Shown here: piece after piece, positions 40,467 through 49,813 of the stretch
Position numbering within the stretch: the stretch's first letter is position 1
Layout: the number at the start of each line of letters is the position of its first letter
Source of the DNA: an uncultured Chloroflexia bacterium
Lineage (GTDB): Bacteria; Chloroflexota; UBA6077; JACCZL01
NCBI GenBank assembly: GCA_963765765.1
Contig: CAVXYC010000010.1
Coordinates: 160,001 to 224,000 of the forward strand
Length of the DNA: 64,000 nucleotides
Direction of reading: 5' to 3'
Notes under the pieces: generated by a model
What the model was told of the DNA's origin: nothing
What the model saw: only the letters and a program-made list of their open reading frames with translations
Database searches by the model: none
Translations under genes and position numbers: made by a program

Positions 40467-40799
40467 GTGCCCGAGTATCTTCCTTCCGGTTTGGCTTCTC
40501 AATTTCGCCCGGCAGGTGCAATGACACGACTTGGAGATTCGCTGCTTAGATCATCGCATCCGGAGCTCTTGCCAGGGCGGCCGACTCCGCCAGAATCGAG
40601 GAGTCAAGGCCTGGCAGCAACGAGCCAAAAGTACGGGGCATTCTAGCGAATACGCGTGCCCGACCGCATCGGGCGCAGGCGGTCGCGCCCGATGGAGGTC
40701 AGCGGAACCGCGCGGCACTGCTTGATTGATTCGCCTTCAGAAGCACCTCGGCTTGATTCGCCGGGAGTGGCTTACTCACAATGAAGCCCCTGGTACTCA

Positions 40800-41135
40800 T
40801 CACAACTGATGGAGCGCAGATAGTCGAGTTGCTCGAGAGTTTCCACGCCTTCCGCCACAACGCGGTAGGTTCTTGAGATATCCGAGCGCTGAATAGCCGG
40901 TGCCGAAGTCGTCGACTGAGATACGAATTCCGCGAGATCTGAGGCCGCCAAGCGTTGACAAGCTGGCTCCCACGTTGCGCATGATGACGCCCTCAGTCAT
41001 CTCGAGCTTGAGGTCAATGGGCTGGATGCCTGTGGAGCAGAGAATCTCGCCAACCACGTCCTCAAAGCCAGGTTCTTCGAATTGACGGGCGGAGCAGTTC
41101 ACAGCTATCCGAAGATTGTTGAAGCCGACATCGCC
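40800..41135 (-). pseudogene. EAL-domain internal fragment
   Basis: IAVNCSARQF, LEMTE, DDFGTGYSALGYLKNLP. Lacks the EAL motif and the C-terminus. Confidence 0.78.
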
Positions 41136-41136
41136 G

Positions 41137-42411
41137 CTATGCCGGAATCGACCGGGTACCGCGAATGCTCGCCATGAAAAGCACCGCCGAGGCGAGTGCA
41201 ACACTTGCGCCCCAGAGGAATGCACTCTGTACACCGTAGGTATCGGCAAGTGACCCCGCGATGATCGGGGACAGGCTACCAAAAAGCGTCCCGACACCAT
41301 AGACCAACGCCACCGTGGTGGCCTGCACGTGCTCACCGACCATATCCATCGCGTTCGCGAGAAACAGTGCCATGAGGGGAAACATGAATGCCCCCATACA
41401 GATCACGGCGATGGAGAGTGGCAATCCAGGGGGCGCCACGCTCATTAGCAAGATCGACACGCCAAGTATTGCGAGGCATGGGACAAGCGTCTTCTTGCGC
41501 CCGAATCGGTCCGAGGCCAATCCTAGAAGTGGCGATGACGCGATGCCAGCTACGTTCCCCAGAAACACGTAAATACCGGCTTCGTATGGCGCGAAATGAA
41601 GCTCATTGCGGAGGTAAATCGGCAAAAACGTATTGACCGATGATTGCGCCATACTGAATCCACCGGTCGCCAGGAAGATCAAAAGAAGCGGCCCTGGCCG
41701 GACGAAGCTCAGGAGCGACCGGAGGTACACGCCGAATGAGACGGCTTCCCCAGTACGCCCCTCCGTGGAGCGCATAACCATCCACACGACGATGCCGGTT
41801 GCGATCGCGGGAAGCATGCTCAGCTGGAGAAGAAAGCTCCAGGCCATCACCGTAAGGAGCATCCCCACGACCAGGGGGCCAAGGGCTTCGCCAACGCTTC
41901 CACCGCTCCCGTGAAGTGACAGCGCAAACCCTTTTCGATGGACGAAGCGCTGAGAAAGCGCCGCGATGGCCGGTGGATGCCAGAAAGAGATCCCTGCACT
42001 CACGACGACCGCGGCAATCATGACGCCGGCGTACACATTGACCGTGCCCATGACGAACTGAAAGATGCCTATCACAATCATGCAGCCACCCAGGATCTTG
42101 GCCCAGTGGCGACTGTATCGATCGGCAATGAAGCCCGCCGGCACGTTGGAAAGACTCCCCGAAAGACTTCGAACAGTCGCCAGGGCTCCGATGCCCGCGT
42201 TGGAGAGCCCGAAAGACGCCTGAATTTCGGGCAGAAGCAAGAAGAAGCCCGATGCGTACATGTGCTTGATCGCATGCCCGGCCACAAGCACGGTGGCGAG
42301 CACTGCTGGATGAAGCGCAGTCGCTGGCCGGTCGGATCGAACCGTAGAAACCGTGCTCAACAGCACCCCCTCATCATCAGTGGACACGCAAAACCCACCA
42401 GTGAGGGACAA
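41137..42411 (-). CDS. MFS transporter
   Basis: About 12 TM segments; GFIADRY and GLASDRFGRK motif A. Confidence 0.92.
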   Translation of the reverse strand: MSLTGGFCVSTDDEGVLLSTVSTVRSDRPATALHPAVLATVLVAGHAIKHMYASGFFLLLPEIQASFGLSNAGIGALATVRSLSGSLSNVPAGFIADRYSRHWAKILGGCMIVIGIFQFVMGTVNVYAGVMIAAVVVSAGISFWHPPAIAALSQRFVHRKGFALSLHGSGGSVGEALGPLVVGMLLTVMAWSFLLQLSMLPAIATGIVVWMVMRSTEGRTGEAVSFGVYLRSLLSFVRPGPLLLIFLATGGFSMAQSSVNTFLPIYLRNELHFAPYEAGIYVFLGNVAGIASSPLLGLASDRFGRKKTLVPCLAILGVSILLMSVAPPGLPLSIAVICMGAFMFPLMALFLANAMDMVGEHVQATTVALVYGVGTLFGSLSPIIAGSLADTYGVQSAFLWGASVALASAVLFMASIRGTRSIPA

Positions 42412-42440
42412 TGGTCAGTCCTCCACTGGCGGGTCGTGGG

Positions 42441-42512
42441 AGCGGGAGACGGGATTCGAACCCGCGACAACCTGCTTGGAAGGCAGGCACGCTACCACTG
42501 CGTCACTCCCGC
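42441..42512 (-). tRNA. tRNA-Gly(TCC)
   Basis: GCGGGAG..CCTGC CTTCCAA GCAGG..TTCGAAT..CTCCCGCT. Confidence 0.96.
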
Positions 42513-42682
42513 GTACGCGGACATTCTACCAGGGTGTCCCGGTGGCTGCATGCAAGGGCGAGCTCTCCTTCTTGGACGCACGCGCCGACAGCCACGGATG
42601 CGACGTTCAAGCCCCTATTTCAGTCGACCTTGTAGAACGCTGCTTTACAAATTATATGTAGTCGACGACGCGCCAGATTGAC

Positions 42683-42707
42683 TATAATGGTATAGAACAA
42701 TTGTTCT
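42683..42707 (+). promoter_or_regulatory. -10 box plus LexA/SOS box
   Basis: TATAAT at 42683-42688, then perfect AGAACAATTGTTCT at 42694-42707. Confidence 0.8.
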
Positions 42708-42803
42708 GATTTGGGGTTCATGCTGCGCGGAATGGATCTCATGGAGCTCGGTCTACTAGGGCGGCGCGCATCGTGCATGCCCGGCAACCTGGAAGGAATT
42801 GAC

Positions 42804-43451
42804 ATGGCAACGAAGACGGAAGCGCCAGCGGAGGAGCAGGTTAGCAAGTCGGTTTACGACACGCTCGCTGAGCCGTTCGATGTGACATTCCACGATACCC
42901 GCGGAGGCGTGGACCTCGAATACATTACGGGCGAGCAGTGCATATCTCGCCTCAATCAGGTGCTCGGGGTTAACGGCTGGTCGTTCGTGGTGCTCAATCA
43001 CGGAATTAATCAGGAAGCTGACGAAGCGTGGGTCCTGGGATCGCTCTCGACAACCATCGAAGGCGTCTCCAGTGAACGCCAGCAGTTTGGAAGTCAGAAG
43101 ATCAAACGATCACGCTCTTCCGGCGCACCGATGGATATTGGGTTCGATCTCAAGGGCGCAGCCACCGATGCTCTGAAGAAGTGTGCCATGCTCGTTGGTG
43201 TGGGTCTGTATCTCAGTCGCAAGGAGCAGGTATCTCAGCCGAGCTCGAACGACAGTGATACGCTTGTGTGTGACGAGTGCGGGCGAGATCTGACGCCAAC
43301 GAGCTTCAAGGATGGAACGAGCTGGTCACCGCAACAGCTCGCGGCATTCGGGCGTCGCAAGCATCAGCGAGTGCTCTGCATGGATCACTACCGCGCGGCC
43401 AATGAGCTTCGTCGCAGGGCCGAGCAGGCGCTAGAAGAAGTCCCGTTCTAA
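42804..43451 (+). CDS. Rad52/Rad22-family single-strand annealing protein with C-terminal Zn-binding domain
   Basis: RGGVDLEYI..RLNQVLGVNGWSF..KGAATDALKKCA..GVGLYL; CDECG...CMDH. Confidence 0.85.
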   Translation: MATKTEAPAEEQVSKSVYDTLAEPFDVTFHDTRGGVDLEYITGEQCISRLNQVLGVNGWSFVVLNHGINQEADEAWVLGSLSTTIEGVSSERQQFGSQKIKRSRSSGAPMDIGFDLKGAATDALKKCAMLVGVGLYLSRKEQVSQPSSNDSDTLVCDECGRDLTPTSFKDGTSWSPQQLAAFGRRKHQRVLCMDHYRAANELRRRAEQALEEVPF

Positions 43452-43455
43452 ATTT

Positions 43456-43497
43456 ATGAAGGGGTCGGCAAGACGAACGTCCCGCCGACCCCTTCAT
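43456..43497. terminator. Hairpin terminator after the Rad52-like gene
   Basis: atgaaggggtcggc / gccgaccccttcat, 14-bp stem. Confidence 0.75.
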
Positions 43498-43571
43498 TTC
43501 ATTGGGCTCGGTCGTACAATGCCGGAACACCACAGCGTCTGTCACCAATGGGGGGACGGATGGGAGGTTCC

Positions 43572-43853
43572 GTGGCAGAACGATACTTCATGTACGATCC
43601 CGCGCTGCGCGGTTCCGTACTGCGGCTCCTACAACAGTGGAAGCGCCTCCCTCTGAGTGACCTCTTTCGGCTGCTGCCAGCGCAGGACCGCCTGCGCTAC
43701 CGAGACGACGTGATTGATGATCTGGTGTGGCAGGGGCTGATACACAAGGAGGAGCGTGGAGACGAGACCGTCGTCAGTTTGACTCCGGCCGGCGAGCAGA
43801 CGGCGATCGGAGTCGAGTCAGCCTCCGGAAGCTGGAACCGCGATGACAGATAA
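43572..43853 (+). CDS. Small hypothetical protein, winged-helix-like
   Basis: RBS gggagg + GTG; DDLVWQGLI..VSLTPAGE wing pattern. Confidence 0.6.
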   Translation: MAERYFMYDPALRGSVLRLLQQWKRLPLSDLFRLLPAQDRLRYRDDVIDDLVWQGLIHKEERGDETVVSLTPAGEQTAIGVESASGSWNRDDR

Positions 43854-44112
43854 CGTAGATCTCGCGGAACGAGTCAACGCCCTTCTAGCAGAGGCTCGTA
43901 ACGACATTTCGAGTGAAGATGATCCCGAGCTGCTCGTGCTCTTGCTTCACCGCGCCGCCGTGGAGCTCAACAAGTCTGCACGCGCTCGGTCGACCCAGCT
44001 CAAGGGCACTCCCGACTGGGGTGCCTGGGCTGGACTACAAAACACCACTCGAGGCCTCGTACTACAGGCGAGCACTTGTCGCGATCTCGTGAAGAAGCTG
44101 AAGTCCGGCTAG
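43843..44112 (+). CDS. Small helical hypothetical protein
   Basis: 89 aa with plausible composition; overlaps the upstream stop by 11 bp. Confidence 0.6.
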   Translation: MTDNVDLAERVNALLAEARNDISSEDDPELLVLLLHRAAVELNKSARARSTQLKGTPDWGAWAGLQNTTRGLVLQASTCRDLVKKLKSG

Positions 44113-44158
44113 CGCAATGAAAAGCTGCTGTTACAGCACATGGGCTTGCGGTCAAGTT

Positions 44159-44182
44159 AAAAAGCGTCGCTCGTGCGACGCT
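44159..44182 (-). terminator. Intrinsic terminator of tRNA-Pro
   Basis: Minus strand: agcgtcgc-acga-gcgacgct-tttt. Confidence 0.7.
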
Positions 44183-44187
44183 CAGGG

Positions 44188-44260
44188 TCGGGGTGCCCGG
44201 ACTCGAACCGGGGACCTCATGGTCCCAAACCATGCGCGCTACCGACTGCGCTACACCCCG
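44188..44260 (-). tRNA. tRNA-Pro(TGG)
   Basis: CGGGGTG..CATGG TTTGGGA CCATG..TTCGAGT..CACCCCGA. Confidence 0.96.
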
Positions 44261-44302
44261 TGGAAGCAAGATTATAACGGACGCAAGCGGGGCTCACTCA
44301 GG

Positions 44303-45388
44303 CTAGCGCGAATACCGAGAGATGCGATTAATTCCGGCAAAGTAAATCGCCTCATCCGGACCCACCACCACGTCGAGGCGGCACTCATCGGCGAGATCCT
44401 CCACACTGTTTACCTGGTCGAGATTTTCACCGGTAAGTCGAATACGCTGCAGCGGACCCACGTGGATGCCGCAGAAAAGCAGGTCATTCGCTAGCTCGGG
44501 AAACATGCTGCCGGTGTAGAACCGGAGCCCGGTTGGCCCTGCGCTGGGCTCTCCAGATTCCCACAGTGGATTGATGAATCGAGGATCGTCACCGCGACCC
44601 TCCACGACGGGATTTCCGTAGTTTCCGCCCGGCGTGATGAGATTGATCTCATCATGTCCCTTGCCAGAATTCTCATTCGCGTAGAGACGGCCGGTTACGG
44701 GATGGAACGCCAGACCGAACGGGTTGCGAAACCCCATGGCGTAGACGGGCGAGCCGGGAAGCGGGTTGTCTGAGGGTATCGAGCCATCCGAGGCAATGCG
44801 AAGAATCTTGCCACCCATGCTGCCCAGCTCCTGGCCAAGCCGGGATGACTCCGCGTTACCCACCGTGACGTACAGCATGCCATCCGGCCCAAACGCGACA
44901 CGACCACCACTGTGGCGACCAGTTCTCGAGATCGGCAGGTTGTCCAGGATCACCGTCTGGTCAACGCCCTGACCACCTCGATCGGTCATACGGATGACAC
45001 GGTTACGGTAGGGGACGTTGTTGCGTCGATTTGGGTCCGGCTCGGAGTAATACAAGTAGACATAATGGTTCGCCGTGAAGTCCGGGTCGATAGCCAGGCC
45101 GAGGAGCCCTGTCTCTGGGCCTCTTGCCACTTCGAATGTGGCCCAGGGTGGATCCTGGAGCGTGCCGTTCTGGAACACTCGAACGCGACCTTCGGAGACC
45201 TCATTGAAGAAAAGGCGGCCGTCCGGCGCGAAGGCCAGACTCATCGGAATTTTGAGATTGTCGATGAGCACCTCCGTGCGAGGCGCCGAGGATCTCGTGC
45301 TCACGCCAGGGAGAGTCCCACAGGCAGCAAGAATCAGGCTAGTGAGGACGGTCAGGATCAGTCGCACGGAATACACCAGAGGCTCCAC
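44303..45388 (-). CDS. PQQ-dependent sugar (glucose/sorbosone) dehydrogenase lipoprotein
   Basis: Lipobox LAAC, GLLGLAIDP, HSGGRVAFGPDG, GFRNPFGLAF. Confidence 0.9.
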   Translation of the reverse strand: MEPLVYSVRLILTVLTSLILAACGTLPGVSTRSSAPRTEVLIDNLKIPMSLAFAPDGRLFFNEVSEGRVRVFQNGTLQDPPWATFEVARGPETGLLGLAIDPDFTANHYVYLYYSEPDPNRRNNVPYRNRVIRMTDRGGQGVDQTVILDNLPISRTGRHSGGRVAFGPDGMLYVTVGNAESSRLGQELGSMGGKILRIASDGSIPSDNPLPGSPVYAMGFRNPFGLAFHPVTGRLYANENSGKGHDEINLITPGGNYGNPVVEGRGDDPRFINPLWESGEPSAGPTGLRFYTGSMFPELANDLLFCGIHVGPLQRIRLTGENLDQVNSVEDLADECRLDVVVGPDEAIYFAGINRISRYSR

Positions 45389-45466
45389 GGCTTCAGCAAC
45401 GCCCGCGGGCCGGAGGGCGCCGGCATGTTTACCCGACGCGCGGTCCGATTATAGTCCAACTCTCAG

Positions 45467-46087
45467 CTAGTCGCGGGCGATTTCAGCTAGCCCCAAGATC
45501 GCTCGGAGTCGCGGTAATGCTCGCCGCGTGGACCGTCCGCGGTGGCTGATGGCGTGCTTTTGCGTCGCGGTTAGGTCCGCCATCGTGCACCCAAATCGAG
45601 TCACATGGAAGATCGGGTCGAAGCCGAACCCTCCTCTACCTGACGGACTCAAGGCGATGCGGCCCTCAACTGTTCCGCGGTAGTTCCACACTCTGGCGGA
45701 GCTGTCGACAATAGCCGCTTCGCTCACGTAGCGCGCGGTCCGGAGCTCCCACGGCACGGCCTGCAGTCGATCCAGGATCATCCGGTGTTTCACCTCGTAG
45801 TCCGAAGTGTTGCCCCACCTGGCCGAGTACACACCCGGTTCACCATTCATGGCATCGATCTCGAGGCCCGAGTCCTCAGCGAACGTAATGAGGCCACTTG
45901 CCTCGGCATAGGCACGGGCCTTGAGCGTGGCGTTCTCGCGAAACGTCGTTCCGGTCTCATCGGCCTCGAACTTGACGCCGGCATCGGTCAGGGTCACCAG
46001 GTCGATGGGGAGCTCTCCGAGAATCTCTCGGTATTCTCGGAGCTTCCCCTGGTTTGTTGATGCTATGAGAAGTGTCGGTCGCGGCAT
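45467..46087 (-). CDS. rdgB: RdgB/HAM1 non-canonical purine NTP pyrophosphatase
   Basis: ASTNQGKLRE, EDSGL, PGVYSAR, GFGFDPIF, SHRG. Confidence 0.94.
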   Translation of the reverse strand: MPRPTLLIASTNQGKLREYREILGELPIDLVTLTDAGVKFEADETGTTFRENATLKARAYAEASGLITFAEDSGLEIDAMNGEPGVYSARWGNTSDYEVKHRMILDRLQAVPWELRTARYVSEAAIVDSSARVWNYRGTVEGRIALSPSGRGGFGFDPIFHVTRFGCTMADLTATQKHAISHRGRSTRRALPRLRAILGLAEIARD

Positions 46088-46135
46088 GCTGGTCGTAGTG
46101 GCAGGTGCTTCAAAGTGTACGAGATAGTGGTACGG

Positions 46136-46927
46136 ATGCAGCAGAGACGCTTCGATTTCACGTCGGCGAACCTTCCACAGGGCTGGACACTTCATTTCAA
46201 TGCGTCTGTCCCGAGCACGCAGGATCTAGCACGTGAGGGGGCCTCGCACGGTATTGGCTCTCGACATGTCTTCCTGACGAACTATCAGTCCGCGGGCCGG
46301 GGCCGCTCAGGGCGCTCGTGGACAGCTCCTCCTGGCTCGGCGCTCTTGCTCACGGTACTTCTGAACGAGCCGTCAGTGGCGTTGTTCGAGCACACGATCT
46401 GTGTCTCGGTATCGCTTTGCGAAGCGTTGGAAGCGATCGCGTCCGTGCGTCCCGTCATCAAGTGGCCGAATGACCTGCTTTTAGACAATCGAAAGGTATG
46501 TGGTGTGCTCGCGGAGTCTTCGGATGCAGCACCGGGCTATGTTGCCGTCGGGTTAGGGCTCAACGTCGCCTGGGAGGGCGTTCGCCCCGCGCACGTTCCG
46601 GAGTGGGCGACAGCAATCGACGAGCATGCAACAAGCCAAGTGGACAGGATCGCACTGCTCGAGGAGGTCATCAGACGACTCGATTCGTGGCTTGACGCGC
46701 TCGTGACGGACTCTGGTCACGTGCAGCTGCGCGACGCCTGGGAGCGTCGATTGTGGCGGCGCGGGGCCGAGGTGGTCGTCCAGCTTCACAACGAGACGCT
46801 TGTAGGGCTGTTGAGTGGAACAGACCAGCATGGCGCACTGCTCGTGAAACTGGCGGACGGCTCAGAGCGCGCCGTGCTCGATGGCGAGCTGCTCATGCCA
46901 GGGCGACCGCCGCGGGCGGCACTCTAA
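46136..46927 (+). CDS. birA: Biotin--acetyl-CoA-carboxylase ligase (no HTH)
   Basis: QSAGRGRSGRSW, KWPND, KVCGVLAE. Confidence 0.93.
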   Translation: MQQRRFDFTSANLPQGWTLHFNASVPSTQDLAREGASHGIGSRHVFLTNYQSAGRGRSGRSWTAPPGSALLLTVLLNEPSVALFEHTICVSVSLCEALEAIASVRPVIKWPNDLLLDNRKVCGVLAESSDAAPGYVAVGLGLNVAWEGVRPAHVPEWATAIDEHATSQVDRIALLEEVIRRLDSWLDALVTDSGHVQLRDAWERRLWRRGAEVVVQLHNETLVGLLSGTDQHGALLVKLADGSERAVLDGELLMPGRPPRAAL

Positions 46928-46964
46928 CCGCACGAGGACCGTGACGGCGAGTAACTGCAGGATT

Positions 46965-47007
46965 AGAACAGGTGTGCTAAACTGTCGGCACATAGAACAT
47001 GCGTTCT
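46965..47007 (+). promoter_or_regulatory. Two LexA/SOS boxes flanking a -10-like TAAACT
   Basis: AGAACAGGTGTGCT (46965-46978, one mismatch) and AGAACATGCGTTCT (46994-47007). Confidence 0.78.
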
Positions 47008-47023
47008 CAAACGGAGGTCAAGC

Positions 47024-47281
47024 ATGGCTCTGCCGATGACATCTTCAAGTAGCCGACGACGTGTTAATTCGCCTATGGGCGAGCTGGTGGATCTTAGGGA
47101 GCTGTGCTCCAAGCTCGAAGCAAGATTGGTTCAGGAGGAGCGGGAGATCTCTGAGCTGCGTTCTCGAGGCGAGGATACGTCGAGCCAGGAGGAGTTGTGG
47201 ATTCGTATGTTGCATCGGTACGAGCGAGTCTGTGATCTACTGGCGTCAGGCACTCAATCGAACCCGCAGCCGGCGGCCTGA
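47024..47281 (+). CDS. Small coiled-coil hypothetical protein, predicted SOS-regulated
   Basis: RBS ggagg; LRELCSKLEARLVQEEREISELR..WIRMLHRYERVCD. Confidence 0.7.
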   Translation: MALPMTSSSSRRRVNSPMGELVDLRELCSKLEARLVQEEREISELRSRGEDTSSQEELWIRMLHRYERVCDLLASGTQSNPQPAA

Positions 47282-47369
47282 TCAGGGCGAATCAATGAGT
47301 GCGCCGCGAAGACGGCGCTGAAATCCGTATGCTTTGGGCCTACCTTCCAGAAAATGGGACGGAGCCCTG

Positions 47370-48559
47370 ATGACGTTCTTGACGCACCTCGAATGCCCCG
47401 AGACCGGCGAGCGGCTTCCCGCCGATCGTGAGCAGCATCTTAGTGCCGCTGGATTCCCGCTGCTGGCGCGCTATGACTACGCGGCCATCCGCGCGTCTAC
47501 TCCCAGGCGCGATCTCTCCGGACGCAGAACAGACCTCTGGCGATTCGCTGAGCTTCTTCCCAGTGACAACCCCGTCACTCTCGGTGAGGGCTGGACCCCA
47601 CTTCTGACACTTTCTCGCATTGGGCCGGAGCTCGGCCTCGGCCAGCTCGTTGTGAAGGAAGAGGGGCTCAACCCCACCGGCACGTTCAAAGCGCGCGGAG
47701 CGGCCGTGGGCGTGGCGTGCGCACGTGACCTGGGGGTGACGAATGTGGCGATGCCTACTGCCGGGAATCGCCGGCGGCGCCTGGGCTGGCTATTGCGCCA
47801 GTGCAGGATTGGGATTTCGCGTCATCATGCCCGCCGATGCCCCCTTGATAAATATGGCTGAGGCGCGAGTGTACGGTAGCAACGCGTCGTATGTGGACGG
47901 GTTGATATCTGACGCGGGCCGTATCATCGGCGCGGAGTCGGCCGAGCACGGCTGGTATGACGCGTCCACACTCAAGGAGCCGTACCGCATCGAAGGTAAG
48001 AAGACAATGGGTCTCGAGATCGCCGAGCAGCTCAACTGGGAGCTTCCCGACGTCATTCTCTATCCTGCCGGCGGTGGCGTGGGGCTCATTGGCATCTGGA
48101 AGGCGTTCGATGAGCTGGAGGCCATTGGCTGGATCGACAGTCGTCGACCGCGGCTCGTCGCGGTGCAGGCGGAGGGCTGCGCTCCGCTGGTTCGTGCGTG
48201 GAATGAGCAGGCGATTGAAAGCCGCTTCTGGGATGGCGCGGACACGATCGCAAGCGGTCTGCGCGTTCCGAAGCCGTTAGGCGATCGGCTGGTTCTTCGT
48301 GCCTTGCGTGAAACGAACGGAACGGCCATCTCCGTGAGCGACCGCGCGATCTCCGAGGCCGTTTCAGAGCTAGCCGAGCGAGAAGGAATGTTTGTGTGTC
48401 CGGAGGGCGCGTCTATGCTTCCGGCGCTGCGCTCACTCTGCGAGGGTGGTTGGATCAAGGTCTGGCGAGCGCGTTGTACTACTCAACACGGGGAGCGGGC
48501 TGAAGTATCCGGAGATGGTCTCACTGGATGGCGTCGAGACGCTTCCAAGGCCCAACTGA
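47370..48559 (+). CDS. thrC: Threonine synthase (two frameshifts)
   Basis: TLGEGWTP, NPTGTFKARG, PYRIEGKKT, VLLNTGSGLKY. Confidence 0.92.
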
Positions 48560-48585
48560 GAGTTTCCACCGAATTAGCGGCCTAC

Positions 48586-48619
48586 GCCCCAGTCCTCTCC
48601 CGATAACTGGGTGAGGGGC
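48586..48619. repeat. Short palindromic element (cctctccc..gggtgagggg type); related degenerate copy near 56530-56630
   Basis: gccccagtcctctcccgataactgggtgaggggc. Confidence 0.4.
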
Positions 48620-48697
48620 TTAGCAACACAAGCTACTTCCGCAACTCGAGCGGAGCTATACTGGCACCGCCTCAGTCACCGCTGATCGGATCATGCC

Positions 48698-49663
48698 ATG
48701 CCCATCGGGGAGATCTCCGCGCTTCTGAGCGCCGTGCTGTTTGGGCTCAGCAATGTCTTCATCCGCAAGGGCATGGCCAGCGGCATCCACGCGCCAGATA
48801 ACGGCCTTTTTCTTACGAATCTGATAAACCTCATGTTCTTCTTGATCATGATGGTTGTGCTGGTCGTTCTGGAAGGTATGCCGCCACTTCTCCTTGGCGG
48901 GATTGTCGCCTTTATTGCGGCTGGCTTATTGACCAGCTATTTCGGGCGAAACACCTATTTCATAGCGGTGCAGTATCTCGGTCCATCTAGAGCCAGTGGC
49001 TTCCGCGTGGTCACGCCGTTTTTCACGCTCGTCGTTTCGCTCTTCTGGCTGAATGAGAGCGTTAGCTCGATTGGAATTCTCGGAATGGTCGTCACCGTAA
49101 TTGGGCTCTATGTCCTTTCGCAGGAGAGCACCCGGACTGCTGCGGAGCGCCAGATTCCAGCTGATGCAACGCTTTCCGGTAGCTCAAATTCCGTCCAGGC
49201 CACCGTTGCCATTAAGCCACGAAGCGCGACATACGGCATGTCGATGAGTCTGATCTCATCGATCGCCTACGGCGCCGGCCATACGTTCCGAAAGGTGGGC
49301 CTCCTCGAAATCCCATCGCCAACGTTCGGTAACCTCCTCGGCTCGGCCGTGGGACTGGCTGGGACAATTGCAACGTTCGGCGTGCGGCGTGAGCTTGGCG
49401 CTGTCATCCGCGGCAACCTCTTCCCGATTCACTGGTGGTTTGTATGGGCCAGCGTGGTCATGAGTCTGGCGCAGCTCGCGATTTTCGCCGGCATCTTCCA
49501 CACTAAGGTGGCGATTGCATCGACGCTTTACGCTACGGAGCCGGCATTTACGCTGCTGTTCTCCTGGCTGTTCCTGAATCGCGAGGAGAAGATCGGCCGA
49601 ATTACGGTGCTGGCGATCGGCCTCACCATCGTCGGCGTCGCCATGATCGTCCAACGTGGCTAA
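48698..49663 (+). CDS. EamA/DMT-family transporter
   Basis: About 10 TM segments in two repeats; LNESVS and LNREEKI ends. Confidence 0.9.
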   Translation: MPIGEISALLSAVLFGLSNVFIRKGMASGIHAPDNGLFLTNLINLMFFLIMMVVLVVLEGMPPLLLGGIVAFIAAGLLTSYFGRNTYFIAVQYLGPSRASGFRVVTPFFTLVVSLFWLNESVSSIGILGMVVTVIGLYVLSQESTRTAAERQIPADATLSGSSNSVQATVAIKPRSATYGMSMSLISSIAYGAGHTFRKVGLLEIPSPTFGNLLGSAVGLAGTIATFGVRRELGAVIRGNLFPIHWWFVWASVVMSLAQLAIFAGIFHTKVAIASTLYATEPAFTLLFSWLFLNREEKIGRITVLAIGLTIVGVAMIVQRG

Positions 49664-49813
49664 CCTTGCGCTTATGGTGCGCGCGACGGATGAACCATTT
49701 GACGGGCTCGATACTGACTGCTAATTTGGACGCGCATCAGGCCCTGGGGTCGTGACCTCACTCAGTGTGCAATTCCCCTGGTGAGCCTGATGGTCCACGA
49801 ATGGAGGCTGTCC

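Noticed and set aside
40800-41336. Functional EAL phosphodiesterase
   Set aside because: Only an internal fragment is present. The upstream part of the ORF overlaps the MFS gene out of frame, and the catalytic N- and C-terminal parts are missing.
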